Assembly (NCBI GenBank): GCA_003693705.1
Contig: RBZT01000435.1
Location: 186,001-250,000, forward strand
From: Polymyxa betae A26-41
Taxonomy: Eukaryota > Protista > Endomyxa: Phytomyxea
Length of the DNA stretch: 64,000 nucleotides
Reading direction: 5' to 3'
How positions within the stretch are numbered: position 1 is the first letter of the stretch; each line of letters starts with the position of its first letter. The notes under the pieces were generated by a model, which saw only the letters and a list, made by a program, of their open reading frames with translations, was not told where the DNA came from and searched no databases. Shown here piece after piece: positions 12,498 through 24,493 of this stretch. Position numbers and translations under genes: made by a program.

Positions 12498-14348
12498 ATG
12501 GGAACTTCTCCCAGGTCTGCACCGTTTCTGCTTCGTGACAAAATAAGGCTGTTCGACAGGTTCGCTTTGGACAATTCACCATTGAACACTTCACGTTCGG
12601 TTCGCGATGATCAGACCAAATCTGAAGTCGCCATGTTTCCTGGCTGGAAACACGTGCCATTGCCTCCACCACAACCTATCGTTCTACCAAGAAAATCCAA
12701 TAATGAGCCGATATCAGCATTCGGAATAAGCACAGATTCGGCCTTAACGCCTCGCATCGTCTTGAAGGACACCGATTTTGAACCGGTCGAAGATACGATC
12801 AAGAGGATAATGGATGAAGCGATCGAAGCAAATACGCATGCGTTAACGGCACGCTTTCAGGCAGTTCTCAAACAGCAATGTAGCTCAATCGAACAGAAAC
12901 ACCAAGCTCTTGCGGAAAAGTATAGACAGCGAGTTACGAAAGCGATGCTGACAGCCAAGACCAAGCTTGATCGCTGCAGAGCTGAGTTGACAGAGACCAA
13001 AACAGCTGTTCAAGCCGCAGTTAAAGTCTCTGCCGAGCGAGATGATTTGCGATCTAAGAATGAAGACCTGAGGGCGGAAATGGCTACTTTGACAGCTCAA
13101 ATGAAACAGGAGAAAGCAGCTATGAATACGAAAGTGAAATTTCTTCGAGCTCTTATAGCTGACAATGCACGCTCTAAAACAGACTCCAAAGCTCACCCGT
13201 CGCTTAAAAAGAACCCATCAGTACCAGAGGAACAAACTCCATGGACAGATCATACGAAATCTAACTCAGAGATCGCGAAACAATCTCAACAAATCCAATC
13301 ATTAAACCAACAGCTGCAAATACTTGAGCAGCAAAAGCGACAACAAAAACTCGAACAGATACAAAAGCAGCAACAACAACAGGAAACGAATCAAAGCGAA
13401 CAAATCCAGAGGCGACCAGATCAGGATGAAGCGATAGAGACTGATCCACAGGAAGAAGAGCAGAATGGAGTGACGAAGCTCATTGAAGAATTGGAAACGA
13501 AACAGGAAGAAATAACAAAGCTGACTAAGGAAAAGAAGCTATCAGAGCAAAGGAATAAAGTTCTGAAAGATGAGAACGCCAAGCTTAAAGAAGAGCTAAA
13601 CCAAGAGAAATCATTACTGAAATCGGAACGACAGCAACTGTCTCAGAAAATTGAACAAGCACAAGCCGAAATTGGAGGCCTGACAATGCAATTGTACACT
13701 GCTCGACTAAAAGCAGAAGAATTAACAGAGAAGGACATAGAGATCGAGACCGAACTGAAACTTATGCAGGAAAACTTTGCCACTATCGCTAGCGAGAAAG
13801 CAGAAATGGAGACATCTATGATGACCCGGATTGGATCCCTCAAAAATGAGCTGAAACGAACCAGAAGAGCGATTTGTATAAGATCGCTCCTATTCCAGGC
13901 TCATCTAAAAACTATTCATTCATCAGTGATGGTGTGTGACAAGATTGATGAGTATCTTGACGGGCAGCTGACCTGTAAACAATGCCTCGGCACGCTCAGG
14001 AAACCACAAGTTCTATATCCTTGTGGACATTCATTTTGCGAGCCGTGTATCGAGACTTTAAAAGATCCAGAAACAAAACGTCTAGTCTGCTGCGATTGCG
14101 ATTGCGCTTGTGAAGCAATCACAGTCACCAATTCAGCGTTGGATGCGATCATATCGCAATACAACTGGTGGAAAGTTTCTTTAGACGATCTGAGGAAGAA
14201 ATACGTTGGCGCTCAGGGCTCGCTAGCAGGGGAGAATAACAGTGATCCCGATTTCGCTGTTGCATTATCAGCATCGGCTAATAACACCAATCCAGTTCTA
14301 AGACCGTCATTAGCGACATTGAATCGACAGTATAGTAAGCAAAAATAA
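12498..14348 (+). CDS. Long coiled-coil protein with C-terminal C3HC4 RING finger (putative E3 ligase)
   Basis: Single ORF; E/K/Q-rich heptads; CKQC..PCGHSFCEPC..CCDC. Confidence 0.85.
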   Translation: MGTSPRSAPFLLRDKIRLFDRFALDNSPLNTSRSVRDDQTKSEVAMFPGWKHVPLPPPQPIVLPRKSNNEPISAFGISTDSALTPRIVLKDTDFEPVEDTIKRIMDEAIEANTHALTARFQAVLKQQCSSIEQKHQALAEKYRQRVTKAMLTAKTKLDRCRAELTETKTAVQAAVKVSAERDDLRSKNEDLRAEMATLTAQMKQEKAAMNTKVKFLRALIADNARSKTDSKAHPSLKKNPSVPEEQTPWTDHTKSNSEIAKQSQQIQSLNQQLQILEQQKRQQKLEQIQKQQQQQETNQSEQIQRRPDQDEAIETDPQEEEQNGVTKLIEELETKQEEITKLTKEKKLSEQRNKVLKDENAKLKEELNQEKSLLKSERQQLSQKIEQAQAEIGGLTMQLYTARLKAEELTEKDIEIETELKLMQENFATIASEKAEMETSMMTRIGSLKNELKRTRRAICIRSLLFQAHLKTIHSSVMVCDKIDEYLDGQLTCKQCLGTLRKPQVLYPCGHSFCEPCIETLKDPETKRLVCCDCDCACEAITVTNSALDAIISQYNWWKVSLDDLRKKYVGAQGSLAGENNSDPDFAVALSASANNTNPVLRPSLATLNRQYSKQK

Positions 14349-14512
14349 ATACGGCAGATAACGTCAACTATCAATATACCTCGTTGAGTTCGGTCGGAAT
14401 CACAACAACGGTAGGCTAGCATGACTTCTTTTGACGGTGGCACGCGCTCAGCCCAGTCATCTGTTGAGGGGCAGGTTTCCAAGCCACACATCATTTGCCA
14501 TTGAACGTAACG

Positions 14513-16434
14513 ATGAAGCAATTCGTCCGAAAGGTCAAGGACAACGTTCTTTTGTTCAGTGAGGGCGAACGCTTGGTTCGTGATGCTACATCCAATGAAC
14601 CATGGGGAGCATCAAGCACGTTGATGCACCAGATTGCTGATCTTACGTGCCAACGAGAGCATTATGAATCCGTCACGAATATGTTGTGGAAGCGTCTTAC
14701 TGATGTCACTTACCCACGACATGTTCTCAAGGTTTGGCATCGCGTGATTCGAGCATTTGTATTGAATGTTTGCGCAGGCTTGCCTATTGGTCGAGTTCCT
14801 ACTAAGAAACGGCAGTGAACGATTCGTTCATGATATGAAACAGAGGAGGCGCCGTTTTGAAGCCTTGAGCAAGTTCACAGACTATGCGGAGAATCCAGAA
14901 ATTGGAGCTGATGTTCGCTCTAAAACACTGCAACTTTTAACATTGCTTGATGATGATGCGAAAAGAAATGAGGAGCGTGTCACAGCCGCCCGAACAAAGG
15001 CGAAAATTCACGGCATGGGCAATACCTTTAACAGCCCGCATTTGCAATCGAGTGGCAGCCAACGCCGTGATGACTTGTCATCAAATAGCCGAGACAATGG
15101 GTTCCAAGAATCCCCAGCGTCGAATCGTGACAACCACAACCGGCAAAACAGTGACGACTCTTTCGACGAGAAGCTCAAAGCTGGTAAAACTGAGTCAAAA
15201 CCCAAAAGCAAAGAGAAAAAGAAAGCTGAGAAACAGCACGATTCCTTCGGGTTTGATGATGATCCTTTGGATGATGAGGATGTACCGAAACCCAGAGAGA
15301 ATGCGAAATCAATCAAGAAGGAAACCGATGAAACGGAACAATCTTCTCCTCTCTCCGAGAAGAAGAACAAAAAGTCAAAGGATAGTGAATCTAAGCCTAA
15401 AAAGGACAAGAAGAAGAAAAAGAAGGCAAACAAAGACGTTGACTCAGACGAGGTTGGCATCCCAGACCCTCCAAGCGGCCAAGAGGACGAGGGAGATTTT
15501 GTTGGTGCCGATCGGGCTAGTGGACTCGCCAACCAAATGAGCCAAATGTCGTTTGAAGCATCGTTCGATCTGATGGATAATTCTTCGAATCAAAAAGCTC
15601 AAAAGCAACCGAAACAGCCAAAACAGCAGCAACAAACACAGCAGCAGCAGCAGCCAGCGTCATTTGACTTCTTCTCATCGTTGGATAACCAGACAATTAG
15701 TCCAACTAGTGCTACGCAGAGCGAATGGTTCGATTCCAAGCCAACTGCAAAAACGCCAGAAATCAGCAACGCAAACGGTAATGCTTTCTTTGACGACTTC
15801 CAGAGCGCATCAACTATTCCTGCCAAAGCTAGCCCAAACCAATCCCCAGCACAAACCGCGAAGAAACCGGAAGATCTCTGGTCATCGCTCACTAACATCG
15901 ACAGTCTAACTGCTCCAAAATCTCAACAACCGGTGTTATCCAAAACGGTCTCAGCGCCGATGGCTCCTCAGCCAATGGGCCAGCAGCAGCCATACGACGC
16001 GTTCAGTATGCTTGGAGCGAATTCCAACCAAGGCCTCTACAATAGCAACAACCAAGCAGCTTTCAACAGCAACAATCAGCCTGCCTTTAACAGCAACAAT
16101 CAGCCTGCCTTCAACAGCAACAATGGTTTCTATAATGGCTATCCACAGGCACCCCAACAACAGGGACCGTATGGAGGGCCATATGGCCAGGTAGGCCGCG
16201 CCAACTTGACAAAAAGGGAAGCTGAATATGAGACAGACACCACCACAACAACCAATGTACCCCATGATGCCAAACAATCCTCACCAGCAACAATTCGTCA
16301 ATCCAATGCAGCAATCGAATTTCGGCGGCGCCCAGATTCCGATGCAGCAGCAAAAGCCGCAAGCGAACTTGAATATCCCAGATGCATTTGCTGTGTTCGG
16401 TGCCATGAACAAACGAACCACGGTGGGACCTTGA
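14513..16434 (+). CDS. Epsin-related ENTH-domain protein (2 introns)
   Basis: VRDATSNEPWGAS, MLWKRL, HVLKACLLVEFLLRNGSERF, GADVR; low-complexity tail with FDFF/FFDDF/DLW motifs. Confidence 0.9.
16041..16124 (+). repeat. Coding tandem repeat, 24 bp x ~3.5 (NSNNQ[A/P]AF)
   Basis: aacagcaacaatcagcctgcctt(t/c) units are directly visible inside the epsin tail. Confidence 0.9.
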
Positions 16435-16457
16435 ATACAACTATCAATGACCTCTGT

Positions 16458-16836
16458 TTATTTCGATGCTTCTTGTCCCTTGCGTTTCTTGCTTTTCTCG
16501 GTCGGTTCCGGGAAAATGGGAGTTGGCAGCATGTCAGCTTTAGAAAGGAGATTGTGAACGATGGAAGTCGGCTGCGCTCCAACACCAAGCTAGTTTAAAA
16601 TAAGTATTTGAAATGAGTATAGGATCAAGAAAAGCAATCGGTCTTCGTACCCAATATTTGAGACGAGACATTTCGAGACGGAGATGCTTAGCCCCGAACC
16701 GATCCGGATGCGGATCCCAAGTTCCTAGTATCTCGAGATGGCGACCATCCCTGGGCGATCGTGCATCGGCGGCAACGATCCTGTAAAACGCATGGGCGTG
16801 ACGCCCGAACCTTTGTAATCTCAGTCGCACCACCAT
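16458..16836 (-). CDS. MRPS16: Mitochondrial ribosomal protein bS16m (1 intron)
   Basis: MVVRLRLQRFGR..FYRIVAADARSPRDGRHLEILGTWDP..LKYW|LGVGAQPT. Confidence 0.93.
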
Positions 16837-16880
16837 GGAAATGCACAGGGCGGAGTGCGAGGAGGGCGCCTTCTTCCATC

Positions 16881-18032
16881 TTAGCAGCTTTCGTAAACAT
16901 CAAGTTCATATTCTTTATATTGCTTAAAAGGATAGACGTGAGTTGAGTGAACTCCTGATAGCCAAACGATATTAGTTGTGATATATTCGACTTTTACACG
17001 ATTTCCTTACTTTATTCTTCTACAAGCCGTATTTGGTAAAACGGACGAAATGCTCGGATAGAATGGGCTGGAAAAATGGACTTTCATACAACCGAGATAG
17101 TGTTTGTTTCGCCGAAAGTGTGGGCCCGAAAATTTGCTGTCTCCAATAGAAACGCTCATCTTCTTTTAATGGTAAAATCTCGTCAATCTTCATTTTGATA
17201 GATGTCTGCCCGTGGTCCAGAAATTCAATATGTGACTTCTTATCGCGAATTGAGTGCTGCTGATCCAGATAACGCAGGGTCTCCAAGATGATCTAAATGA
17301 ACGTTAGGAGAATGCAACGGTTCTAACATATTGCACCTCCATATGTGATTCATACCAAAGAAGATAAGCGCTGCCGATCCAAGCCAACATACCAGTCGCT
17401 CTCCAAGATAGATCTGTGTTCATTTCCGCCAAACATTGTTTAGAGACTAGCGAATACGTTCTTCGGTCTCGCTTAGATAGGAATGAATTGATGCTGAAAT
17501 TTCAAGTAAATAATAGAAAAACGTCCATAACGATGGAATAGTACCGATTGAATATCGCCCCATTGCTATCGCTTAAAACGACATGAAACGGTGTTGGAGT
17601 CACTAATCGTTTTGCCGGCTTCATTTTGGCAAGACGCTCTCGATGAGCTTGTCCAATAGCATGCCAATCGGCAATGTTCCCACGATAGATATGGGCTAGT
17701 TGCAATTCAAAGAAGGCATTGGTCTTCTTAGCAAATAGAAACCGTAATTGCGAATGCAAACGAACTGTTCCTCTCAAGAATACCACTTGCTGAACTTGGC
17801 GAATTATCTCATTTTGACTTTTTCCTAACTGCTCGAATCCATTGTCAAAGAGGAGGTCAAAATCAGTCATGCATTGTTCAATCAAAGCCAAGGCTCTGGC
17901 AGTTTGAGCAGGAGTCATTTTCTCAGATTTTGTGGTCTTATTGATAAACCCATTAGCAGCAATCGCTTCAGCATCTATAGGGCTAATAACAGCTGATGAT
18001 TGCCGGTTGCAAGCTGAACTTGCAGACCCCAT
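16881..18032 (-). CDS. Unknown multi-exon protein with N-myristoylation-type start (MGSASSAC)
   Basis: ORFs 17502-18095 and 17020-17286 plus small exons; MGxxxS motif followed by Cys. Confidence 0.55.
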
Positions 18033-18171
18033 AATGCTAACAGTACAAATTTCGATCTCAGACATAAATCTGCAAAGAACAATTGAGTTCCACAATACAT
18101 CGTTAAAACGAAGTCCAATTCTATTAATTGTACATGGTTGAGGTCAGTGTTGGGATATATGGTCGAGGGGC

Positions 18172-19509
18172 TTAAAGTTCATCATGATCCGGTTCATCAT
18201 CGTCGTCATCATCAGACTTCGAAGCCCCGGCGTCGCTGCCCATTTTCTGGTACAGCTTGGTGATGATCGGGTTGACAATGGCTTCAAGAGATTCCTTCTG
18301 CTCGTTGATGTCGTCCTTTAAGGCTTCGGGATTGCTAGCCAACCAGGCAATCGTTTCATCGGCTGCCTTGTTGATGGCAGCGGCATCCTCATCACTGATG
18401 TGCTTGCCGAGCTTCTCCTTGTCCTTGATCTGGGTCTTGGTGTTGTAGGCGTAAGATTCAAGAGACACCTTGGCTTCGATCTGTTCCTTGGCAATCTTAT
18501 CGGCTTCAGCGAACTGCTCAGCGGCCCTGACCATCTCTTCGACTTCATCGGCGTTCAGCCTGGTCTGGTCAGCTGTAATAGTGATCGACTGCTTGTTGCC
18601 AGTTCCTTTGTCTGTGGCGCTAACTGAAAGAATCGAGTTGGCATCAACTTCAAAAATGACTTCAATTTGAGGAACACCACGAGGAGCAGGAGGAATGCCA
18701 GTTAACTCGAACTTGCCCAAAGGAACACAGTCCTTGGTCAGCTTACGTTCACCCTGGAAGACCTGGATACTGACTGCCGGTTGCTGATCAGCGTAGGTGG
18801 TGAAGACTTGAGTCTTCTTGGTCGGGACGACAGTGTTACGAGGAACGACAGAGGTCATGACACCACCGTAAGTTTCAATACCGAGCGTCAGAGGAGTGAC
18901 ATCTAACAACAGAATGTCGGCGCTGTCCTTGTGTCCACCCTGCAAAGGAAATCAGTAAACAAATATAAAAAAAAGAAAGGTGAACGTACCAAGATACCGG
19001 CTTGAACAGCAGCACCATAGGCAATAGCCTCATCAGGGTTGATGTCACGCTTTGGCTCCTTTCCGTCAAAGAACTCTTTCAGAAGGCTGATGACCTTGGG
19101 GATACGGGTAGAACCTCCGACCATGACAATTTCATTGACCTGCTTCTTGTCGACCTTGGCGTCTTTGAGAACCTTCTCGACTGGGGCGAGAGTCTTCTTG
19201 AACAGATTCTTGTTGAGTTCTTCGAATCTCGCTCGGCTCACCTTCTGGGTGAAGTCGATACCGTCGATCAGACTCTCAACATCGATGGTGGTCTCCGTAA
19301 CACTGGAAAGCATTCGCTTGGCCTTTTCACAGGCTCGGCGCAGCTTGGCTGTCGCACGAGGGTTTTTCAGAACCTCTTTGCCGTGGTTTTTCTTGAAGAT
19401 GTTGGCAGCCCATTTCATCAGGTTGTTGTCAAAATCTTGACCACCCAGGTGGGTATCACCGCTGGTAGCAGCGACTTCAAAAACTCCATCGTCGATAGTC
19501 AACAGGGAA

Positions 19510-19540
<31 letters not shown>

Positions 19541-20305
19541 CCAGGACCTTCTGCTCCTTTTCCAACTTCTTTTCCAGACCGTATGCAATAGCTGCGGCCG
19601 TGGGTTCGTTGATAATACGAAGAACGTTAAGACCAGCGATCTTTCCGGCATCCTTAGTAGCTTGACGTTGCTGATCCGTGAAATAGGCTGGAACAGTGAT
19701 GACGGCGTTCTTGACAGTCTGACCGAGGTAGGTCTCGGCAGTTTCCTTCATCTTGCCCAACACCATGGCAGAAATCTGTTCAGGAGCGAACTCCTGTTCA
19801 GTGTTGGCGTAGGTGACCTGGAAGTAGGGCTTGTTCTTCTTATTGACGATCTTGAAGGGATAAGTCTTCATATCCTTCTGGATTTCAGAATCATCGAAAG
19901 TGCGACCGATCATACGCTTGGCGTCGAAAACGGTGTTCGTCGGGTTAAGAGAGGCCTGCATCTGGATGAGCGATGCAGAGCAACATTCTTACAGGTACAA
20001 ACCTGGTTCTTCGCGGCATCACCGACAAATCGTTCATTGGAAGTGGGATCGAAACCAACCCAGGAAGGGGTGATACGGTTTCCTTGGTCGTTGGCGATAA
20101 TTTCGACACGACCGTTCTGGTAAACTCCCACGACTGAATAAGTGGTTCCAAGATCGATACCGACAGCGAGTCCATCTGTTGGAGGCTTAGACCCAAGATT
20201 GCACTAGCAAGAGATGCTCCTACCAGCTGGAGCATCATCTTCGACGGCAAATGCGCAGCCGAGGATGGCGAAGGCGAACAAGCCCAAGAATAACTTCGTC
20301 CTCAT
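18172..20305 (-). CDS. HSPA5: ER Hsp70 BiP/GRP78 (3 introns)
   Basis: Signal peptide [70 protein letters not shown]-terminal HDEL. Confidence 0.98.
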
Positions 20306-20500
20306 CGTTGCCTGTATCTGAGACCACCACCGATTACAAGCAGGGGTGGACAGCCGACTCCAATCGATCGATAACAACAATGAAAGTCCGATACGCAAAG
20401 AAGAGGCCCCTAGTAGTTGGTCCAAAACTGGGAGTCTTAGACATACGCCCCGCCGTGGCCGCGCGTTTTTCCCGGGCCCAGTGCCAGATCCTACTGTCGG

Positions 20501-20563
20501 TCAGAGACTCAGAGACTCAGAGCTCAGAATATTCTCCGTAGAGGCGTCAGATTGCTGACGTCA
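20501..20563. promoter_or_regulatory. BiP upstream region: 4x tcaga(gac) micro-repeat and TGACGTCA (CRE/bZIP-type palindrome)
   Basis: tcagagactcagagactcagagctcagaat at 20501-20530; TGACGTCA at 20556-20563. Function is inferred. Confidence 0.35.
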
Positions 20564-20915
20564 TCAACTCATCATATGGCGCGGACCGCGTGCGGCCTCT
20601 ACCGGTACCCCCAGTCTAGCCTATTCGGCTACTGTATACAGCCTCTATAGTTGCGGCGGTAGCGCTTTGGCGCATCCCCAACCGAATGCCGATCCTGACT
20701 TCGTTCACGATTGTCGCCGTATGACACAAATGCTTGCAGGAGTCAAGTATTCCTGTTAATAAAGCTGTAATGTGTTGATTATTAACGGCTCCGCTTTCGT
20801 TCTGTTGCTTTTTAGATTCCCTGGAATCATGTGTTTGTTTAACAAAGCACAATATCAAATGACGAATCGAAGAACAATAAACTGTTTGGATAAATAGTAG
20901 TATACATTTATAATG

Positions 20916-21233
20916 TTATAGAACGGGGAAAATTCTCTTGGCATTTGGCGGGTATAGTTGATCTGTCGGTGGAGGCGGGAACAGACTTTTAAATGACGGC
21001 CCTGCCTTGATGATCTCCACAAGCGATGCAGCCCAGGAATCCAATCCTGACTGTACAGATACTTGCTCGTAGCATATGAAATTCGTGGGGTGGATTCTGC
21101 TTTCTCCAATGATCTGAATCAGGACTACAGCGGCGATCGATGAGATGAATGCAAATCTGATGATGAATAGACAGATTGCAGCAGCTGTCGTCGCTTGAAA
21201 GGATGATGGGTCATTGAGCCCGGAATCAGGCAT
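20916..21233 (-). CDS. Possible small membrane protein (105 aa)
   Basis: ATG-initiated ORF with one hydrophobic stretch in an otherwise empty 1-kb gap; no family recognised. Confidence 0.3.
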   Translation of the reverse strand: MPDSGLNDPSSFQATTAAAICLFIIRFAFISSIAAVVLIQIIGESRIHPTNFICYEQVSVQSGLDSWAASLVEIIKAGPSFKSLFPPPPTDQLYPPNAKRIFPVL

Positions 21234-21604
21234 TTATTCGCCAGAGCTGGACGGGAAAAAACGTTCAAATGAAAGAATAAGAAATAGATAGAGTTCAGGG
21301 CCCGGCTTACGGGCTGCTTCGAAAAATGAGAATAAGAAAAACTGAAAGCCACCGCTTCCCAAGGTCCAGATATCCTTGATACATGAATCATTGTCGTTGA
21401 ATCACCTTCCTGATTCATTCCAAAGTGCAATTAACTTGCTTCCGAATTGTATAAGAAAAAAGTAGAATTACGGTATGAAAAAATAACAAAATTTCTGGCA
21501 GTCACAGAGGGTGGTTGTTGTAGCAACAGCTTTCCTTGCTGAATGCACGATTTTCATGACCCTTTCATTCAAGTGCCTGCTAGGGGTCGTCGTAGATTAG
21601 GCTC

Positions 21605-24247
21605 ATGCAGATTCTACAGAATCGCCTGAACTTGCAGAGAGTGCTTGGGACGGGATTCGGCAGCAATCAGCAAATAATATGGCGGCTACAAACCGACGAA
21701 ATCGTCTACATCGTCAATAACATTGTCGTATTCTACAGTCCCCGGTTGAATCGGCAAAGTCGCTTGATTCAGCGACCATCACCCGTATTGTCGATATCAT
21801 TCGATCGCCAAGGCAACCATCTTGCCATTGCTGAAGTCAGTGCCGCTGCGGTTTTTCCGCCGAATCTGATTTCATGCTATAGGCTACTACGATCTCAGTT
21901 CATGACCTATCAGATGAGCCTGATCTATGTCGAGTTTGTACTCTCAGCTCGATAACCGATGATTATTACGTAGCTGTCCGTCTATTCCCGGATTGCTCGA
22001 CGCTTCTGGCGATCAGCACAGCAAAATCTTGCAATGTTCGCATCTGGGATTGGAGGTCTGGCCAGCTGCTGGCGTCTGCGACATCGTCATATTCCATCGT
22101 TTGCCTGGAACTCGGCGTTGACCAAACTAGCTTTGTAACCGGTGGCGATAAATCCGTTTCTATCTGGCATTTCGACAAAACTGAAGCAGAAGGTGCCATC
22201 CAGGAGACGACACTGAAAACAATCGCTGCATGCAATGCTGGATTGTTGGACGATGCGACTTTCGTTTCAGCCTGCCTCGGAAAAGGCAAGTCGTCGTCGC
22301 ATGTGTTTACCCTAACGTCCAAGGCTGTGCTTTGCCGCTTCAACTTGGAACGAAAGACGCTGGAAAAATGGGTCGATCTGAAGCTTGAAAACGGGTTCGA
22401 CATTGCCATCAACGACGATTTCATAGCCATAGCTGGAACTGGAGGTCGAATTCGGCTCTTCACACCTGATACGATCGCCCATATCGCAACGATTTCATCC
22501 GATACGATTACAGCTGAAACGCTCTCCATCGCGTTCAATCGCGATCATTCAAAAATCGCTTGCCTGTATTCCAATAGCACATTAGCGATCTGGGATGCTA
22601 AACGCCACCGGCTTGTTCGGCAATTGGGATTTCATTCCGGCACTGTATTCGATATCATCTCATTCAAAAACGACGGCTTTATTTCATGCTGTAGCGACGG
22701 GCAAGTGCGAAAATGGAGCGAAAACGGTGACGATGAAATCGTTTACGAATTTGAGCCTGGAACGTACCCAACAGCCATCGCGAAATCACCCGATGAAAGC
22801 CAAATCGCCATTGGTGATTGCAAAGGGACTTTGCGACTTTGGCACCGCAGTATAATGTCTGGAGAGCTGAATTTGGTTTCTACTGTGATCTCGGCTCATA
22901 ATGGCCCGATCCTGTCTGCTGATTTCAATCTTGATGCAACATTGCTGTGCTCTGGCGGACAGGACGAATCCATTCGCATGTTCAACGTCGACTTGCAGCT
23001 AACTCCGATCGGGACTTTTATGGACCATCGGGCAGCCGTGGACCTCGTTCGATTCGTGTCGTCATCTGAGTATCTGGTGAGTGTATCATCAGATGGAACA
23101 TATGTTCGCGATGTCTCATCGTTATCGATGGATTCTGCCCAGTTTCTTCCGGAACTGGTAGCTCCGTTCGTTTCTGTTCCCAATGGTAGCCAATTCGGCG
23201 TTAGTGTGGATCGATCAGGACGGGCTGCGATATGGAATGTGACAACCAGACAAGTGTTAAGATACATCGGCGATGATATCCAAGACATTTCTGTTCACCC
23301 ATCTGGCGCGTTAATCGCTTTGTTCAGATCGGATTATCAGATATCCATCATGGATTGGTTCTCATGCGAAACCCTGTCAACGGTCTGCAGTGCATCACCA
23401 AATGCTAAGATTAGATTTGCCGCTGATGGACGACGAATGTTTTCGTTTGGTGACGACAGCTGCATCCTTGTATGGCAGGCCGGTCATGAATTGAATCAGT
23501 TGATTGACGAGCGTCTTCAAGAAACGGCGTCGGAACAGCTAGCCTTGGTTCCAGTTCCAGCTCCAGAGGAGAACGAGGACTACTTTTCTGATGAGTCGTT
23601 TATAGAATTTTCTGAGGACGAATATTCCGATGGGTAGGTTGCGTTGATCGAAGTATCTGGCCCTGTAGTGATTTGTTGATAGAACTGTATACACAATTCC
23701 AGGAATGTCGCCAGGAAGGACATCTATGAAAAGTTTAAAAACGATTGAACAAGAAGAAGCGAGAGCTGAAAGTCCAATAAAAGTTGAGTCGTCTCCCAGG
23801 AGGACGTCATTTGCGAACCCTGATCGAAGAACTTGTTGGAGAAGCATCCAGCGCTCGTTGTCACCTTTAAGGCAATCACGAATAGTTCAAAGAAGATTTC
23901 ACTCAATATCACCATCTCGAAAAGTTAAAGCGATTAATGAGGTCGCGGCTGATTTAAAGTCGGCCTTTGTCGCCGCCAAAGAGACATACAATCATATGTC
24001 AAAGGCAGGAGAGGATACTCAATCACTATTGGCATTATTTACAGAAATCAGATCCGAAATCTGTGCTTTAATTACGCCTGATACAACTAATTCAGGATTG
24101 GCGACGCTCGCAGCGACCCTGGATCCTGAATCCACCAAATCCGCTCTAGACACTTATTCTGGCAAACTGATCGAGCTGATCCAGTCCAAGGTCGAAGAAG
24201 CCTTGACGGCTTCGATCGGATCGAGCCTTAGCGTGTATAATCGATAA
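21605..24247 (+). CDS. WD40 protein, WDR62/MAPKBP1-like
   Basis: LQRVLG N-terminus, many WD repeats, LEKWVDLK, RFAADGRRMFSFGDDSCILVWQ, C-terminal helix LDTYSGKLIELIQSKV. Confidence 0.8.
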
Positions 24248-24493
24248 CTAATTCTCTATATAAATGGCCAATACAAAGTGCCCCACCAGAGCCAAGACGT
24301 CGTTCTATGAGCCCTAAACCCTACCCCGCTCCCAACTTGAACCTAACAGGTGAGAGTGGCTTCTCTATACGTGCGTTAATAGTCAATCATACCCATGTTG
24401 ATTACTGTCGTAGAGCTTCCTGTTCCTAGCAGTTCAGTGTTGCTGAGTGAGTCTCATATCATCGGAGTGCGTTATCTTCCAAGGTAGTCGTAA

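Noticed and set aside
16191-16598. C-terminal 130 aa of the 610-aa ORF overlapping MRPS16
   Set aside because: Read-through of an intron starting at 16191; the epsin ends in another frame at 16434.
19002-20123. 373-aa plus-strand ORF
   Set aside because: Antisense shadow of BiP; long antisense ORFs are a well-known by-product of Hsp70 codon usage.
24312-24346. ccctaaaccctaccc telomere/telo-box-like sequence
   Set aside because: Only about 1.5 units, too short to call an interstitial telomere.
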